DNA of 64,000 bases. Origin: an uncultured Candidatus Saccharibacteria bacterium (GTDB taxonomy: Bacteria > Patescibacteriota > Minisyncoccia > Phycocordibacterales > UBA9973). The position numbers were made by a program, and so were the translations under genes. Under the pieces are notes generated by a model. The model made no database searches and was not told the DNA's origin. It saw only the letters and a program-made list of their open reading frames with translations. Of this stretch, positions 38,866 through 48,550 are shown piece by piece. Where the stretch lies: positions 4,563 to 68,562 of the forward strand of contig CAYYNN010000002.1 of assembly GCA_964473175.1 (NCBI GenBank), given 5' to 3'. How positions within the stretch are numbered: the stretch's first letter is position 1; each line of letters starts with the position of its first letter.

Positions 38866-39771
38866 ATGACTATTGTACTGACTGGGGGATCTGGCTTCAT
38901 TGGTACCCAACTATCTCGCAAGCTTCTTGCACTGGGAGACACGGTTATTGTTGTCGATCGGAGTGCCCCAACCTTTACGCATGAGCGCCTTTTTTATATT
39001 GCTTCTGATATTACCACGCAGCAGCTCCCATTTAACGTACTGGAGCATACAGATGCAATCATCAACCTTGTCGGTGCATCAATATCCAAGAAATGGACAC
39101 CATCATACAAGAAGCTTATTCGAGACAGCCGCATCATCAGCACAAAACACGTTGTTGAAAGTATGTACGCAGCAACATCACGTCCTGCCATATTGATCAA
39201 CGCATCAGCTGTGGGGTATTACGGAGAACGCGGTGAAGAAGAGCTTACCGAAAAGTCATTAAAAGGAACAGGGTATCTCAGCGACGTTGTTAGTGAATGG
39301 GAAACAGAAGCACACAAAGCAGAAGCATTTGGTACACGAGTTGTCTGTATCCGTACTGCACCAGTTGTTGGACATGGAGGGATGATTGCAGAGATGAGAA
39401 AAAGTGCGCGATTTGGTTTCTTGCTTGCATTAACAAAGAAAGATTTTTGGCAGCCATGGATTCATGAAGATGACATTGTGAATGCGTATCTCTTTGCACT
39501 ACAAACATCCACTGTACAAGGTGCCATCAATGCCGCTGCGCCAGAGATTGTGACACATACAACGTTTATGAAGACGCTCGGGCAAGTAACACATCGTCGA
39601 GTTATTGGTGCTCTACCAGTGTGGCTTAAGCGAATGCTGTTTGGGGATCTGACTGTTGGGTTGACGCAAAGTCAACGAGTACTGCCGCAGCTTATTATGG
39701 ATAAAGGATTTATTTTTACATACCCAACCGTACTTGCTGCAATGACAGATGCGATAACAAAAAAACAATAA
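38866..39771 (+). CDS. TIGR01777-family epimerase-like protein (YfcH-like, NAD-binding plus DUF1731)
   Basis: MTIVLTGGSGFIGTQL Rossmann motif and C-terminal DUF1731-like region. Start trimmed to the internal ATG. Confidence 0.7.
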   Translation: MTIVLTGGSGFIGTQLSRKLLALGDTVIVVDRSAPTFTHERLFYIASDITTQQLPFNVLEHTDAIINLVGASISKKWTPSYKKLIRDSRIISTKHVVESMYAATSRPAILINASAVGYYGERGEEELTEKSLKGTGYLSDVVSEWETEAHKAEAFGTRVVCIRTAPVVGHGGMIAEMRKSARFGFLLALTKKDFWQPWIHEDDIVNAYLFALQTSTVQGAINAAAPEIVTHTTFMKTLGQVTHRRVIGALPVWLKRMLFGDLTVGLTQSQRVLPQLIMDKGFIFTYPTVLAAMTDAITKKQ

Positions 39772-39772
39772 T

Positions 39773-40630
39773 ATGAACCGTATTGATATAGAAACGACTG
39801 GTTGGAGCGAATACTCACTTATAGATAGTGGAGAAGGCAGAAAGCTCGAAGTGTTCAACGGGGTGATACTCGATCGACCAGACCCTCAAGTACTCTGGGG
39901 TAAATCTTGTATAGAGCGATGGAGTGAAGCACACGCACAGTTCGTATGGGCAGACAAAGGAGAACGTTGGAAGGCATCAAAAGACCTTGCGGAAAGTTGG
40001 CATATACGGTGGCGAGACATGACACTCGCCCTTTCATTGAAAGGGTTTAAGCATATCGGAATATTTCCTGAGCATGCACATCAATGGGAAGATTTACACC
40101 TACTTGCCAAGAAAGTACCTGACCTCAATATGTTAAACCTCTTTGGGTACACGGGAGCGGCAAGTGTCGCAGCGTCGCTCGGTGGCATGCACGTGACACA
40201 TATCGATGCGTCAAAAAGTACCATTGAAATAGTAAAAGAAAACGCAACACTTTCTGGACTTCCATCTACTGCGATACGTATTATATGTGAAGACACACTG
40301 CGATATGTAAAGCGGCTGATTCAACGTGAGGAAACTTTCGAAGTGATCGTGATGGACCCGCCAGCATTTGGGCGTGGACCAAAAGGAGAAATGTGGAAAA
40401 TAGAAGAATCGCTCACTGAACTTTTGTCATTAATACCAAAACTACTTTCTCCAAAAGCCAGATTGGTTATCCTTAACGGATACGCATCGGGGTACAGCGC
40501 TCGAACATTTGCTGAGCTTCTGAGAGAAGTGATGAAAGATGGATCGATAGAGTACGGTGATATCGGTATCAAACAAGTTGATTCTGAAAGACTGCTGACA
40601 ACCGGTATCTATGCCAAGTGGCAAGCATAA
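39773..40630 (+). CDS. Class I SAM-dependent rRNA methyltransferase (RlmI/RlmK-like)
   Basis: LNLFGYTGAASVAA...VMDPPAFGRG motifs (SAM-binding glycine loop and DPP motif). 285 aa. Confidence 0.7.
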   Translation: MNRIDIETTGWSEYSLIDSGEGRKLEVFNGVILDRPDPQVLWGKSCIERWSEAHAQFVWADKGERWKASKDLAESWHIRWRDMTLALSLKGFKHIGIFPEHAHQWEDLHLLAKKVPDLNMLNLFGYTGAASVAASLGGMHVTHIDASKSTIEIVKENATLSGLPSTAIRIICEDTLRYVKRLIQREETFEVIVMDPPAFGRGPKGEMWKIEESLTELLSLIPKLLSPKARLVILNGYASGYSARTFAELLREVMKDGSIEYGDIGIKQVDSERLLTTGIYAKWQA

Positions 40631-40646
40631 TATATAATGCGCGCGT

Positions 40647-41075
40647 ATGGCCTCACCCAAATATCTTCCAAAGTATAAGTACCCCAACGATTTAGCAGTG
40701 AAGCGCGGTATTAACGGTCTTGGACTGTTTGCAAAGGTCCCAATTAAAAAAGGGGACTGCGTTATCGAATACGTCGGAGAAATCATCACTGCCGCACAAG
40801 CCAACGAACGCGGAGGACGCTATCTATTTGAAACATCTTCAAATAGACACATTGATGGGACAAGTCGCACCAATACTGCTCGGTATATCAACCACTCATG
40901 TCGAGCAAACTGTGAACCTGATACATCTGGAGGAAGAGTCTACATATCTGCAATCAAAAACATTCAACCAGGAGAAGAACTCTGTTACGATTATGGCAAA
41001 GAATATTGGAATGAATATATCAAGCCCAAAGGGTGTCTGTGTGCAAAATGTAAAGAAAAAAGAGAACAGAAGTAA
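40647..41075 (+). CDS. SET-domain protein (putative protein-lysine methyltransferase)
   Basis: NHSCRANC (NHSCxPN), ELCYDYG (ELxYDY) and post-SET CLCAKC motifs. 142 aa. Confidence 0.75.
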   Translation: MASPKYLPKYKYPNDLAVKRGINGLGLFAKVPIKKGDCVIEYVGEIITAAQANERGGRYLFETSSNRHIDGTSRTNTARYINHSCRANCEPDTSGGRVYISAIKNIQPGEELCYDYGKEYWNEYIKPKGCLCAKCKEKREQK

Positions 41076-41077
41076 AT

Positions 41078-41105
41078 AAAAACCCTCATACTGAGGGTTT
41101 TTATT
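41078..41105. terminator. Bidirectional intrinsic terminator (aaaaaccctca tac tgagggttttt)
   Basis: Perfect hairpin with flanking A and T tracts. Confidence 0.65.
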
Positions 41106-41305
41106 TAATAATCACTTATTTCGTACGGGTCCATGAGTTGTGCGATGAGCTCTTCCTCTTCGTCAACTGGTTCGTCGTCACTGATTTCATCTGCAAGGAG
41201 TGGAATCTCGTCGATCACTTCTACTTCGAGTACTTCATCCACAAGGAGTACTTTTGCGGGATCAATATCATCGTGTAGTTCTTCGGGTACTTCATCATCA
41301 GGCAT
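41105..41305 (-). CDS. Hypothetical highly acidic small protein
   Basis: 66 aa, D/E-rich. Downstream of ruvC. Weak. Confidence 0.3.
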   Translation of the reverse strand: MPDDEVPEELHDDIDPAKVLLVDEVLEVEVIDEIPLLADEISDDEPVDEEEELIAQLMDPYEISDY

Positions 41306-41395
41306 GGAACAAATATATTTATTTACGTTAGTATGCAGATAGTTGTATCAAACTCTGTTTTCTTTTGCAAGGGTTTTTTTGCAAAAAACTCTTTT

Positions 41396-41881
41396 TTATT
41401 GAAAAGCTCGAACACGCAAGGCTTCTGCTGCAGCAAATCCGAGCGCAATTGCATCGATCTCATCATCGAGTTTCTTTGAAATATCGATCTTGAGTGTGAG
41501 TTCAGCCATCTTTTGCACCTGTTTCTTGTCAGCATTCCCTACACCTGCCATCGCAAGTTTCACTTCTTGTGGAGAGAGCTCGATGAGCGGGAGCTGATGT
41601 TGTCCTGCAATCAATACGATCACGCCACGACTCTCCGCGACTTTGATTGCAGTCTTTTTATTTACTGAAAAGAATAATGTTTCAAGTGCAATATGTGTCG
41701 GATGCCACTGCTCAATCATCGCTGACACTTGCTCGTATACATCGAGCAGGCGTTTTTCCTGCAAATCCTTTTTGTTGGTTTCAATACATATTGAATCAAT
41801 CAACTTTGCCGGATGTCCCGTTTCAACAATGGCAACACCAACACGGTCGTATCCTGGATCTATGGCGAGAATGGTGTTCAT
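41396..41881 (-). CDS. ruvC: Crossover junction endodeoxyribonuclease RuvC
   Basis: ILAIDPGYDRVGVAIVE, catalytic acidic residues. 161 aa. Confidence 0.9.
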   Translation of the reverse strand: MNTILAIDPGYDRVGVAIVETGHPAKLIDSICIETNKKDLQEKRLLDVYEQVSAMIEQWHPTHIALETLFFSVNKKTAIKVAESRGVIVLIAGQHQLPLIELSPQEVKLAMAGVGNADKKQVQKMAELTLKIDISKKLDDEIDAIALGFAAAEALRVRAFQ

Positions 41882-41979
41882 TAAAATTAGTATCGCATAT
41901 TGACGAGGATTGCCATATTATTGAAGAACTGTTTGAGGCGAAGCCGAGTTTTCGGAAAGAATATGGCAATCCTCGGAGA

Positions 41980-42969
41980 TTACTTATTTATATACTCTCT
42001 TCCTTTCTCACTCAACACACGACCTCGCGATGTTCGTTCAATAAGTCCGAGCTGTATCAGGTATGGCTCTACAACGTCTTCAATAGTTCCTTCGTCTTCG
42101 CCTGTTGCTGCTGCGAGGTTTTTGACACCAGTTGGGCCACCATGAAACTTTTCTTTGAGCGTTCTGAGAATGAGTATGTCGTTTGCAGAGAGACCGTTTT
42201 CATCAAGGCCGAGCAGTGTGAACGCTTCACGAACGCTTTCTGCGTCAATATCGCGCTTGTGCATTTGTGCATAGTCTCGAACACGACGAAGGAGATAGTT
42301 GGCGATACGTGGTGTCTGCCTCGATCGGGAAGCAACTGCGGCGAGCATTTCTTGGGGAAGTGTGATGTCGAGGATCTTCGCAGAGCGACCAAGAATGGTT
42401 GAGATTTCATTGTCACTATAAAACTCAAGTCTGAATGCTCCACCAGAGAATCTCGAACGCAGTGGTGCCGAGAGCATTCCAAATCTGGTGGTTGCTCCTA
42501 CGAGCGTAAATGGTGGCAAGTCGAGCTGCACTGTGCGCGCAGACGGGCCTTTGCCGATCATGATATCCATCTTGCCGGTTTCCATGACAGGGTAGAGGAC
42601 CTCCTCAATAGTTTTGTTGAGACGATGAATCTCATCGATGAATAACATATCGCCTGGCTGGAGGTTGGTCAGTATCGCTGCGAGGTCGCCGACGCGTTCG
42701 ATCGCAGGACCGCTTGTTACACGAATGTTTGCACCGACTTCACGAGCGATCACATGCGCGAGAGTGGTCTTGCCAAGTCCTGGCGGACCATAAAACAGGA
42801 TGTGTTCAGGACTGTGACCGCGTTCTTTGGCGGCACCGATGAGTATGCTGAGGTTTTTTTTGATATGCGATTGACCGATATAGTCGTCAAAAGAACCCGG
42901 ACGCAGTACTGTGTCGGAGAACTGTCCGTCGAGCGCTTTTTCTAATGAATCAGGGAGTGTACTTGACAT
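41980..42969 (-). CDS. ruvB: Holliday junction branch migration helicase RuvB
   Basis: Walker A GPPGLGKTTLA, sensor motifs, C-terminal winged helix. 329 aa. Confidence 0.9.
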   Translation of the reverse strand: MSSTLPDSLEKALDGQFSDTVLRPGSFDDYIGQSHIKKNLSILIGAAKERGHSPEHILFYGPPGLGKTTLAHVIAREVGANIRVTSGPAIERVGDLAAILTNLQPGDMLFIDEIHRLNKTIEEVLYPVMETGKMDIMIGKGPSARTVQLDLPPFTLVGATTRFGMLSAPLRSRFSGGAFRLEFYSDNEISTILGRSAKILDITLPQEMLAAVASRSRQTPRIANYLLRRVRDYAQMHKRDIDAESVREAFTLLGLDENGLSANDILILRTLKEKFHGGPTGVKNLAAATGEDEGTIEDVVEPYLIQLGLIERTSRGRVLSEKGREYINK

Positions 42970-43177
42970 AATTTATATATATGCTAGACTGTTCCTAGAC
43001 ATATATTCATTATACATCGAAGAAGGCTCAAATCTCTAAGCAGTCAGCTACGGTTCTAGATCTCTGCGCAGGACGTTCTGGTTTCGACTGGGGCTATCCT
43101 ACAACGTTGTCTTACTTATATTTTCTATATTTATAAGGACTGTTTAGAGATTTGAGCTTTTTTATGTACATATTAAT

Positions 43178-43208
43178 AAAAAGAACCGGCATAAGTCGGT
43201 TCTTTTTA
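43178..43208. terminator. Bidirectional intrinsic terminator (aaagaaccg gcataagt cggttcttttt)
   Basis: Hairpin with U-tracts on both strands directly after the pilB stop (minus). Confidence 0.6.
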
Positions 43209-44921
43209 TTTCTGATCATCCAAATCCACGACACTTCTCACTTCTGCAAAATCAGTTTTTCCTTGGAGGATTTTTATAAGGCCATCTTCGCGCATATCGA
43301 GCGTGCCTTGTGCGTCAGCAATTTTTTTAATATCACGTTCACTTGGACTACTGATAATGATCTTCTCAATCTGCTCATCGTTTTGGATGACTTCAAATAT
43401 TCCAAGTCGCCCTTTGTACCCAGTGTTGTTGCAGTTACTACACCCTGCAACTTGCCATAGCGTGTTCACATCACGTCGTACGCCAAACTGCTCCATGTTT
43501 TTACCTTTGGCAACAGCAGTATCCCAGATGTGTTCGATGTACTTCTTTTCCTCATCAGTGACTGGTCGTTCTGATTTACATTGAGTACACAATGTTCGCA
43601 CGAGACGCTGCGCAATAGAGAGCGAGAGTGCCGACACCAAGATCTTGGGATTCACATCAAGGTCGATGAGACGGGGGATGACACCGGATGCGTTGTTGGT
43701 GTGGAGTGTTGAAAAGACTAAGTGACCCGTGAGTGCACTTTCTACTGCAATCTTTGCCGTTTCTGGATCTCGGATTTCTCCCACCATGATAACGTCGGGG
43801 TCTTGTCGGAGTGCAGAGCGAAGACCTTCGAGGAATGTGTAGCCTTTTTTGTGATCAGTTTGCGTTTGGGTAATACCAGGCAAGTGATATTCAATAGGGT
43901 CTTCGATGGTGATGATTTTGATTTCTGGACTATATATCTTTTGGAGAAATGCATAGAGTGTCGTAGTCTTTCCAGAGCCAGTCGGGCCGGTCAAGAGGAT
44001 CATACCGTTTGGTTTTTTGATTTCGCGCATAAAGATGTCAAACATCGGAGCAGAAATGCCCATGGTGTCGAGTTGAACTCGGATACTTTTGGGGTTAAGG
44101 ATACGAAGCACAATACTTTCGCCATATGCACCAGGAATCAATGATGTACGAAATGATATTTCAACTTGCTCTTCGCCAGTCCCCAGAAATGCACTGAACC
44201 GTCCGTCTTGAGGAGTACTGTTGATGGTGAGTTTGAGCCCAGAGAGTAGTTTGATGCGAGTGTTTATTTGTTTGTAGATAGCTGCGGTAAAGTAGGTTAC
44301 CACACGCAATACTCCGTCGAGACGGAAACGAAGTTCAACCTTGTCTTCCATTGGTTCAATGTGGACGTCAGATGCGCCGATACCAATACCTGACCCAAGA
44401 ATAATTTCCAAAATACGTGAGAGGTGATGGGCACTAGAGTCATCTGCTAATGCTTTTTCAATTTCATGGACTGCGTCATCAATCGTTTTGATTTTATGTG
44501 AAAGATCCACAAGAACATCAGGGGACACATCTAGTCCTCCTGCTCGAGAACGAGTTGCAAATGACAAGTCTTCGTATCTACTCCATACCTTTTTCATACT
44601 GCGCTCACTTGCCATCACAAACGTCACTTCAAACCCTTTTGCTTCAAGCATTTCTTTGGCTTGTAGCGCACCATCAGCCAGAGGAGAACGAACGGCAAGC
44701 TTGAGCTTTTTGCCGATAAGTTTGTAGGGAGCAACATCGAGTCCTCGAGCATCTTTTTCTTCCATGAGTCGGATAGCATCGTTGTCGATAGGCATACCTG
44801 AGAGGTCGACACTTTCTATACCATAGCGGTCGCGTGCAAGCATCGATACCAAGCCTTCTTCTTCTTCGGTTCGCAAGCTCGCAAACTTCTTTTGTTGCTC
44901 TTCTTCATCAAAATGGACCAT
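43206..44921 (-). CDS. pilB: Type IV pilus assembly ATPase PilB (GspE family)
   Basis: Walker A GPTGSGKTTT, Asp box, His box, and C-terminal tetra-Cys motif (CTQC...CSNCNNTGYKGR). 571 aa. Confidence 0.9.
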   Translation of the reverse strand: MVHFDEEEQQKKFASLRTEEEEGLVSMLARDRYGIESVDLSGMPIDNDAIRLMEEKDARGLDVAPYKLIGKKLKLAVRSPLADGALQAKEMLEAKGFEVTFVMASERSMKKVWSRYEDLSFATRSRAGGLDVSPDVLVDLSHKIKTIDDAVHEIEKALADDSSAHHLSRILEIILGSGIGIGASDVHIEPMEDKVELRFRLDGVLRVVTYFTAAIYKQINTRIKLLSGLKLTINSTPQDGRFSAFLGTGEEQVEISFRTSLIPGAYGESIVLRILNPKSIRVQLDTMGISAPMFDIFMREIKKPNGMILLTGPTGSGKTTTLYAFLQKIYSPEIKIITIEDPIEYHLPGITQTQTDHKKGYTFLEGLRSALRQDPDVIMVGEIRDPETAKIAVESALTGHLVFSTLHTNNASGVIPRLIDLDVNPKILVSALSLSIAQRLVRTLCTQCKSERPVTDEEKKYIEHIWDTAVAKGKNMEQFGVRRDVNTLWQVAGCSNCNNTGYKGRLGIFEVIQNDEQIEKIIISSPSERDIKKIADAQGTLDMREDGLIKILQGKTDFAEVRSVVDLDDQK

Positions 44922-45016
44922 TGTATATATAGTATAGCGTATAACCCTGGAGATACCCCTACTATAAGCTTAAAAACAGCTCCTTTTCGACACATATTTG
45001 GTCTATAGGGAAGTAG

Positions 45017-45045
45017 TTGACAATATATGTATAGTATGCTATGAT
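45017..45045 (+). promoter_or_regulatory. Sigma70-like promoter TTGACA-17-TATGAT
   Basis: Consensus -35 with 17-nt spacer about 50 nt upstream of gene 45095. Confidence 0.4.
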
Positions 45046-45094
45046 ATACACAAATCTTAATTCAAAATATTTTTAAACTTTAAAACTATAAAGA

Positions 45095-46243
45095 ATGAAT
45101 GTACGTTCAAAAATGGCGATATTGATAGTATTAATATCAATATCGTTTAATACAAAAGCAGAAAATTTACGCATGTTCCCGATTACATTGGAAACATTGC
45201 ATCCTAATTCGACAATGCACGCCGCATTCAAGCCTCAGTATTTGTTTAAATACAATACCCCGGCAAACCATGCTGAGTGTAAGCGATTATTGGCCGGTTT
45301 GGTATTAGGGGAGAAGTCATCAATGAATTACTTCCAGTTTCCGGAAAGCCAAAGGACTATTATCCAGAAGGAAATGAGTACTAAATACAAACCCGTTGGC
45401 GACAATACGTTACTGACATTTGAAGAAATAGCAGAAATAATTGATCGCTCAACGTTTGTACTGACACCCAGTAATCTCAAAGAGCACTATGCGCTATTGA
45501 GGCTTGATAACAATGGCAATGGTTCATTCGAATCAAGAAACCCTTACAAAACTGGAGACTATATCGATGGATATAGAGGATATGCACCTGAAGACGAGTA
45601 CAGTCTCGTCGATGGTGATATTATCAACTTCCAGGCATGTTGTGGCAATCTTGCCATAGGCATCGATGAGCCAGGTCATGTTTATAAGCCTGAAGTTAAA
45701 ATTGAGTATGTGGACAGACCTGTTCCATACCCTGTTGATCGTCCAGTTCCTTATGCAATTCATGACACAACAGTAGTTACTGCACCAAATGGCGGCAACG
45801 TAGCAACCAATACAACAAATGTATACGGTTGTGGCACCTGTGGCTCAACGCCAGCACCTGCTCCAAAAGAAAAAGTTCGCGTCGGTCAAACAGTCGGCGG
45901 AATCATTCTCGGTACTGCAGTCGGTACAACAGTTGGTGTAGTCGCTGGAGGAGCAATCCTCAACGGTATCTACAACCGAAGAGGGAGGATAAATGTGCCT
46001 CTACCAAATGGCCCGTCTAACCCTCCAACAAGATGGCCTGATGAGACTCCTCATCAAGGTGGTTCGGCTGGTACCAATCAGCCCAATGGAACCCCTATCC
46101 CTAACGATCCTAACTCAACACCCCCAATCGGTGGACACACATGGCTCCTTGGTCAAGGATCTAATCCTCCCCAAGGTGCTTCGTCTGTTGTACAGAGAGT
46201 AGGAACGGTATCCCCGATGCGTAGGGGGCTAGTTGCGAATTAA
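45095..46243 (+). CDS. Secreted repeat protein (VDRPVPYP tandem motif, Gly/Pro-rich C-terminus)
   Basis: Signal peptide MNVRSKMAILIVLISISFNTKA. 382 aa. Confidence 0.5.
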   Translation: MNVRSKMAILIVLISISFNTKAENLRMFPITLETLHPNSTMHAAFKPQYLFKYNTPANHAECKRLLAGLVLGEKSSMNYFQFPESQRTIIQKEMSTKYKPVGDNTLLTFEEIAEIIDRSTFVLTPSNLKEHYALLRLDNNGNGSFESRNPYKTGDYIDGYRGYAPEDEYSLVDGDIINFQACCGNLAIGIDEPGHVYKPEVKIEYVDRPVPYPVDRPVPYAIHDTTVVTAPNGGNVATNTTNVYGCGTCGSTPAPAPKEKVRVGQTVGGIILGTAVGTTVGVVAGGAILNGIYNRRGRINVPLPNGPSNPPTRWPDETPHQGGSAGTNQPNGTPIPNDPNSTPPIGGHTWLLGQGSNPPQGASSVVQRVGTVSPMRRGLVAN

Positions 46244-46277
46244 ACGTGCTTTATGTATTAAAATGTGTAGGTTGCCT

Positions 46278-46312
46278 AAACAGCAACCTACTTTTCTTTA
46301 GTGTCTATGTGT
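46278..46312 (+). terminator. Intrinsic terminator (gtaggttg...caacctac + T-tract)
   Basis: 8-bp stem plus U-tract after 45095..46243. Confidence 0.55.
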
Positions 46313-46340
46313 TGCCCCACAAGGGCACTGAAGAGAGGTA

Positions 46341-46369
46341 TTGACTTTTATTATTAAAAATAGTATAAT
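46341..46369 (+). promoter_or_regulatory. Consensus sigma70 promoter TTGACT-17-TATAAT
   Basis: Near-perfect -35/-10 with 17-nt spacer about 40 nt upstream of gene 46409. Confidence 0.5.
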
Positions 46370-46408
46370 ACACTCGTCGAATTATAAGTGGAAATCAACA
46401 AAACAAGT

Positions 46409-48481
46409 ATGAAAAAAATTATTATCACAGCACTCGCACTCATTATGGCAGTATCTACTGTCTCTTCGACTGCAGTAGCTGCTTCAAGTTTCAACGCTCC
46501 TGGCCTTATGCCAACAGTAACTGTTACAAACGCTACGACACATCCGTGTTCTGCTGGCGGGATTGATGGTTGTTGGCAAACGCATACAACTGCGGTGCCT
46601 GGAGATGTTATCGCCGTACACATTTATTATAAGAATACGAGTAACGTGCCTGCAGTAAATGCAACACTCTCTATTCAGCCAAGTCGTTCAGGAACAGCAG
46701 TAAGCTTTTACGGAGGAGTCGCTTCAGACACCGTATCTCGCGCAACTGGTACTGCAACTGCAACACTTTCACAGGTAACGACCTTTAGTTACATGGATGG
46801 GCAATATGCAGCATGTTGGGAACCAAGTGCAACAAGTGGATGTCGTTCAGTAAACGCTGACGCATTGTTTGGAACATCAGGTTTCAGTATCGGAACAGTA
46901 AATCCTGGAGAACAGGGAACACTCGTTGCTCGATTCCGAGTAAACGGTGTCGCTCAGAATACAACATATCAATGTAACGATGGCATCGACAACGATGGCG
47001 ACGGGTACACTGACTATCCGAGTGATCCTGGATGTTCATCAGCAACTGATGACTCTGAATATAATGCTCCGGTTAACAACAACCAATGTCAGATCGATAG
47101 CTTCAATGCAAGTCCTTCTACAATAATGGAAGGGAACTCATCTCAGCTTTCATGGGACACATCAGATTGTAGTTATGTGACACTCACCAATGTTTCAGGA
47201 AATCTCAGTGCTGATGGAAACCGTTCAGTAAGTCCTAGTAGTACCACAACGTATACGCTCCGTGCATATAACGACAATGGAACTCTCGGAGGTACTGACA
47301 CGAGAACTGTTACTGTTAACCAGCAACAGAATCAATCATGTCGTGTTGATGACTTCTATGCATCTCCGACAACAATCGATCGTGGGGACACGAGTACACT
47401 TCGTTGGTCAACCAGTGGAGGTGTCGATTATGTGACTATCTCAGGATTGTCAGGTAACCGTAGTGAAGACGGTTCAGTAAGTGTGAGTCCATACAGTACA
47501 CAAAGTTATTCACTTCGTGCATATTGTAACAATGGAAATTCCGCTACAGATTCAGTAACTGTTTCTGTACGAAGTACTCAGATAACAACTGCTCCACAAG
47601 CCATCACTACTGTTGCGACAGTACTTGGTAACACACAAGCTCGATTGAACGGTATCGCTGTACCCAATACTACTAACTCTACAACAAGCGCATGGTTTGA
47701 ATGGGGAGTAAGTGGATCATTTGGAAACCGTACTATTTCGCAAACAGTATCAAGTGGAAATAATTCACAATACTATAGTGATATTGCTTCAGGACTTGTT
47801 CCTGGTGGCGTATATTTCTACCGTGCAGTTGTCCAAAATCAAAACGGAATAGCCTATGGCGATACTGTACGATTTCAGACAACCCGATCAACAACTCCAT
47901 CGCCAGTAATTGTGAACCCGACACCTGTTGTACACAATGTAGTGGTAGCCCAGAGCGCGCCGTCATTACTTAAACTCAGTGTCGAAAGCAATTATGATCG
48001 AATGTGTATCAATGGTCAGATCGATTATACGATCACCTATGAGAACATTTCGACTACAGTACTCCAAAAGGCAGTACTCCAGTTTAATCACCCGAAGGAA
48101 CTTACCTATCTATCAGCAACGGGCGGACACTACGAAGTAGTTGACCGAACGATGACTATTGACCTTGGTGAAGTTCAGCCAGGAGAACGAGGAATTATCA
48201 CTGTGCATGCTCGTGTAAACGAAACTGCACTCAGTGGCAACCTAACCGTTGCAACTGCAACAGTGGTATACACAAACGCTCGAACACATGCTCAAGAAGA
48301 CGCTATTGCGTATTCACTGATCACGGTATCAAACGATTGTCCTAGTCTTCTCGGTGCAAGTGTATTTGGATTCGGTTCATTCCTCCCAAGTACCCTTATC
48401 GGATGGTTACTTCTCATACTTGTAATCTTCGCACTTATTGTCCTTGGTCGTCAGCTCTACAAAAAGACTGACCACTCATAA
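46409..48481 (+). CDS. Large cell-surface protein with tandem Ig-like repeats and C-terminal TM anchor
   Basis: Signal peptide. Two repeats of about 80 aa (CQIDSFNASPSTI...YTLRAYNDNG / CRVDDFYASPTTI...YSLRAYCNNG). C-terminal hydrophobic anchor plus KK. Confidence 0.6.
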   Translation: MKKIIITALALIMAVSTVSSTAVAASSFNAPGLMPTVTVTNATTHPCSAGGIDGCWQTHTTAVPGDVIAVHIYYKNTSNVPAVNATLSIQPSRSGTAVSFYGGVASDTVSRATGTATATLSQVTTFSYMDGQYAACWEPSATSGCRSVNADALFGTSGFSIGTVNPGEQGTLVARFRVNGVAQNTTYQCNDGIDNDGDGYTDYPSDPGCSSATDDSEYNAPVNNNQCQIDSFNASPSTIMEGNSSQLSWDTSDCSYVTLTNVSGNLSADGNRSVSPSSTTTYTLRAYNDNGTLGGTDTRTVTVNQQQNQSCRVDDFYASPTTIDRGDTSTLRWSTSGGVDYVTISGLSGNRSEDGSVSVSPYSTQSYSLRAYCNNGNSATDSVTVSVRSTQITTAPQAITTVATVLGNTQARLNGIAVPNTTNSTTSAWFEWGVSGSFGNRTISQTVSSGNNSQYYSDIASGLVPGGVYFYRAVVQNQNGIAYGDTVRFQTTRSTTPSPVIVNPTPVVHNVVVAQSAPSLLKLSVESNYDRMCINGQIDYTITYENISTTVLQKAVLQFNHPKELTYLSATGGHYEVVDRTMTIDLGEVQPGERGIITVHARVNETALSGNLTVATATVVYTNARTHAQEDAIAYSLITVSNDCPSLLGASVFGFGSFLPSTLIGWLLLILVIFALIVLGRQLYKKTDHS

Positions 48482-48502
48482 ATAGCATAACTTCTATTTT
48501 AC

Positions 48503-48537
48503 AAAACCCCCGCTACAAGCGGGGGTTTTGTTTTGTG
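48503..48537 (+). terminator. Intrinsic terminator (aaaacccccgc tacaa gcgggggtttt)
   Basis: GC-rich 11-bp stem plus U-tract. Confidence 0.7.
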
Positions 48538-48550
48538 CTAGAATCCAGTT

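Noticed and set aside
38633-38869. 78-aa plus-strand ORF in the tyrS-yfcH spacer
   Set aside because: Cys/Phe-rich nonsense-like composition. It overlaps the start of the yfcH-like gene in another frame. The minus-strand 51-aa hydrophobic ORF is the more plausible product of this spacer.
41647-42402. 251-aa plus-strand ORF
   Set aside because: Antisense to ruvC and ruvB, which have strong family signatures. No motif. Typical shadow ORF.
43021-43420. Full-length tmRNA (ssrA) call
   Set aside because: Only the 5' tRNA-like motif is present. No T-arm/ACCA 3' end and no tag-reading frame. An intact pilB CDS begins at 43206, leaving no room for a roughly 350-nt tmRNA.
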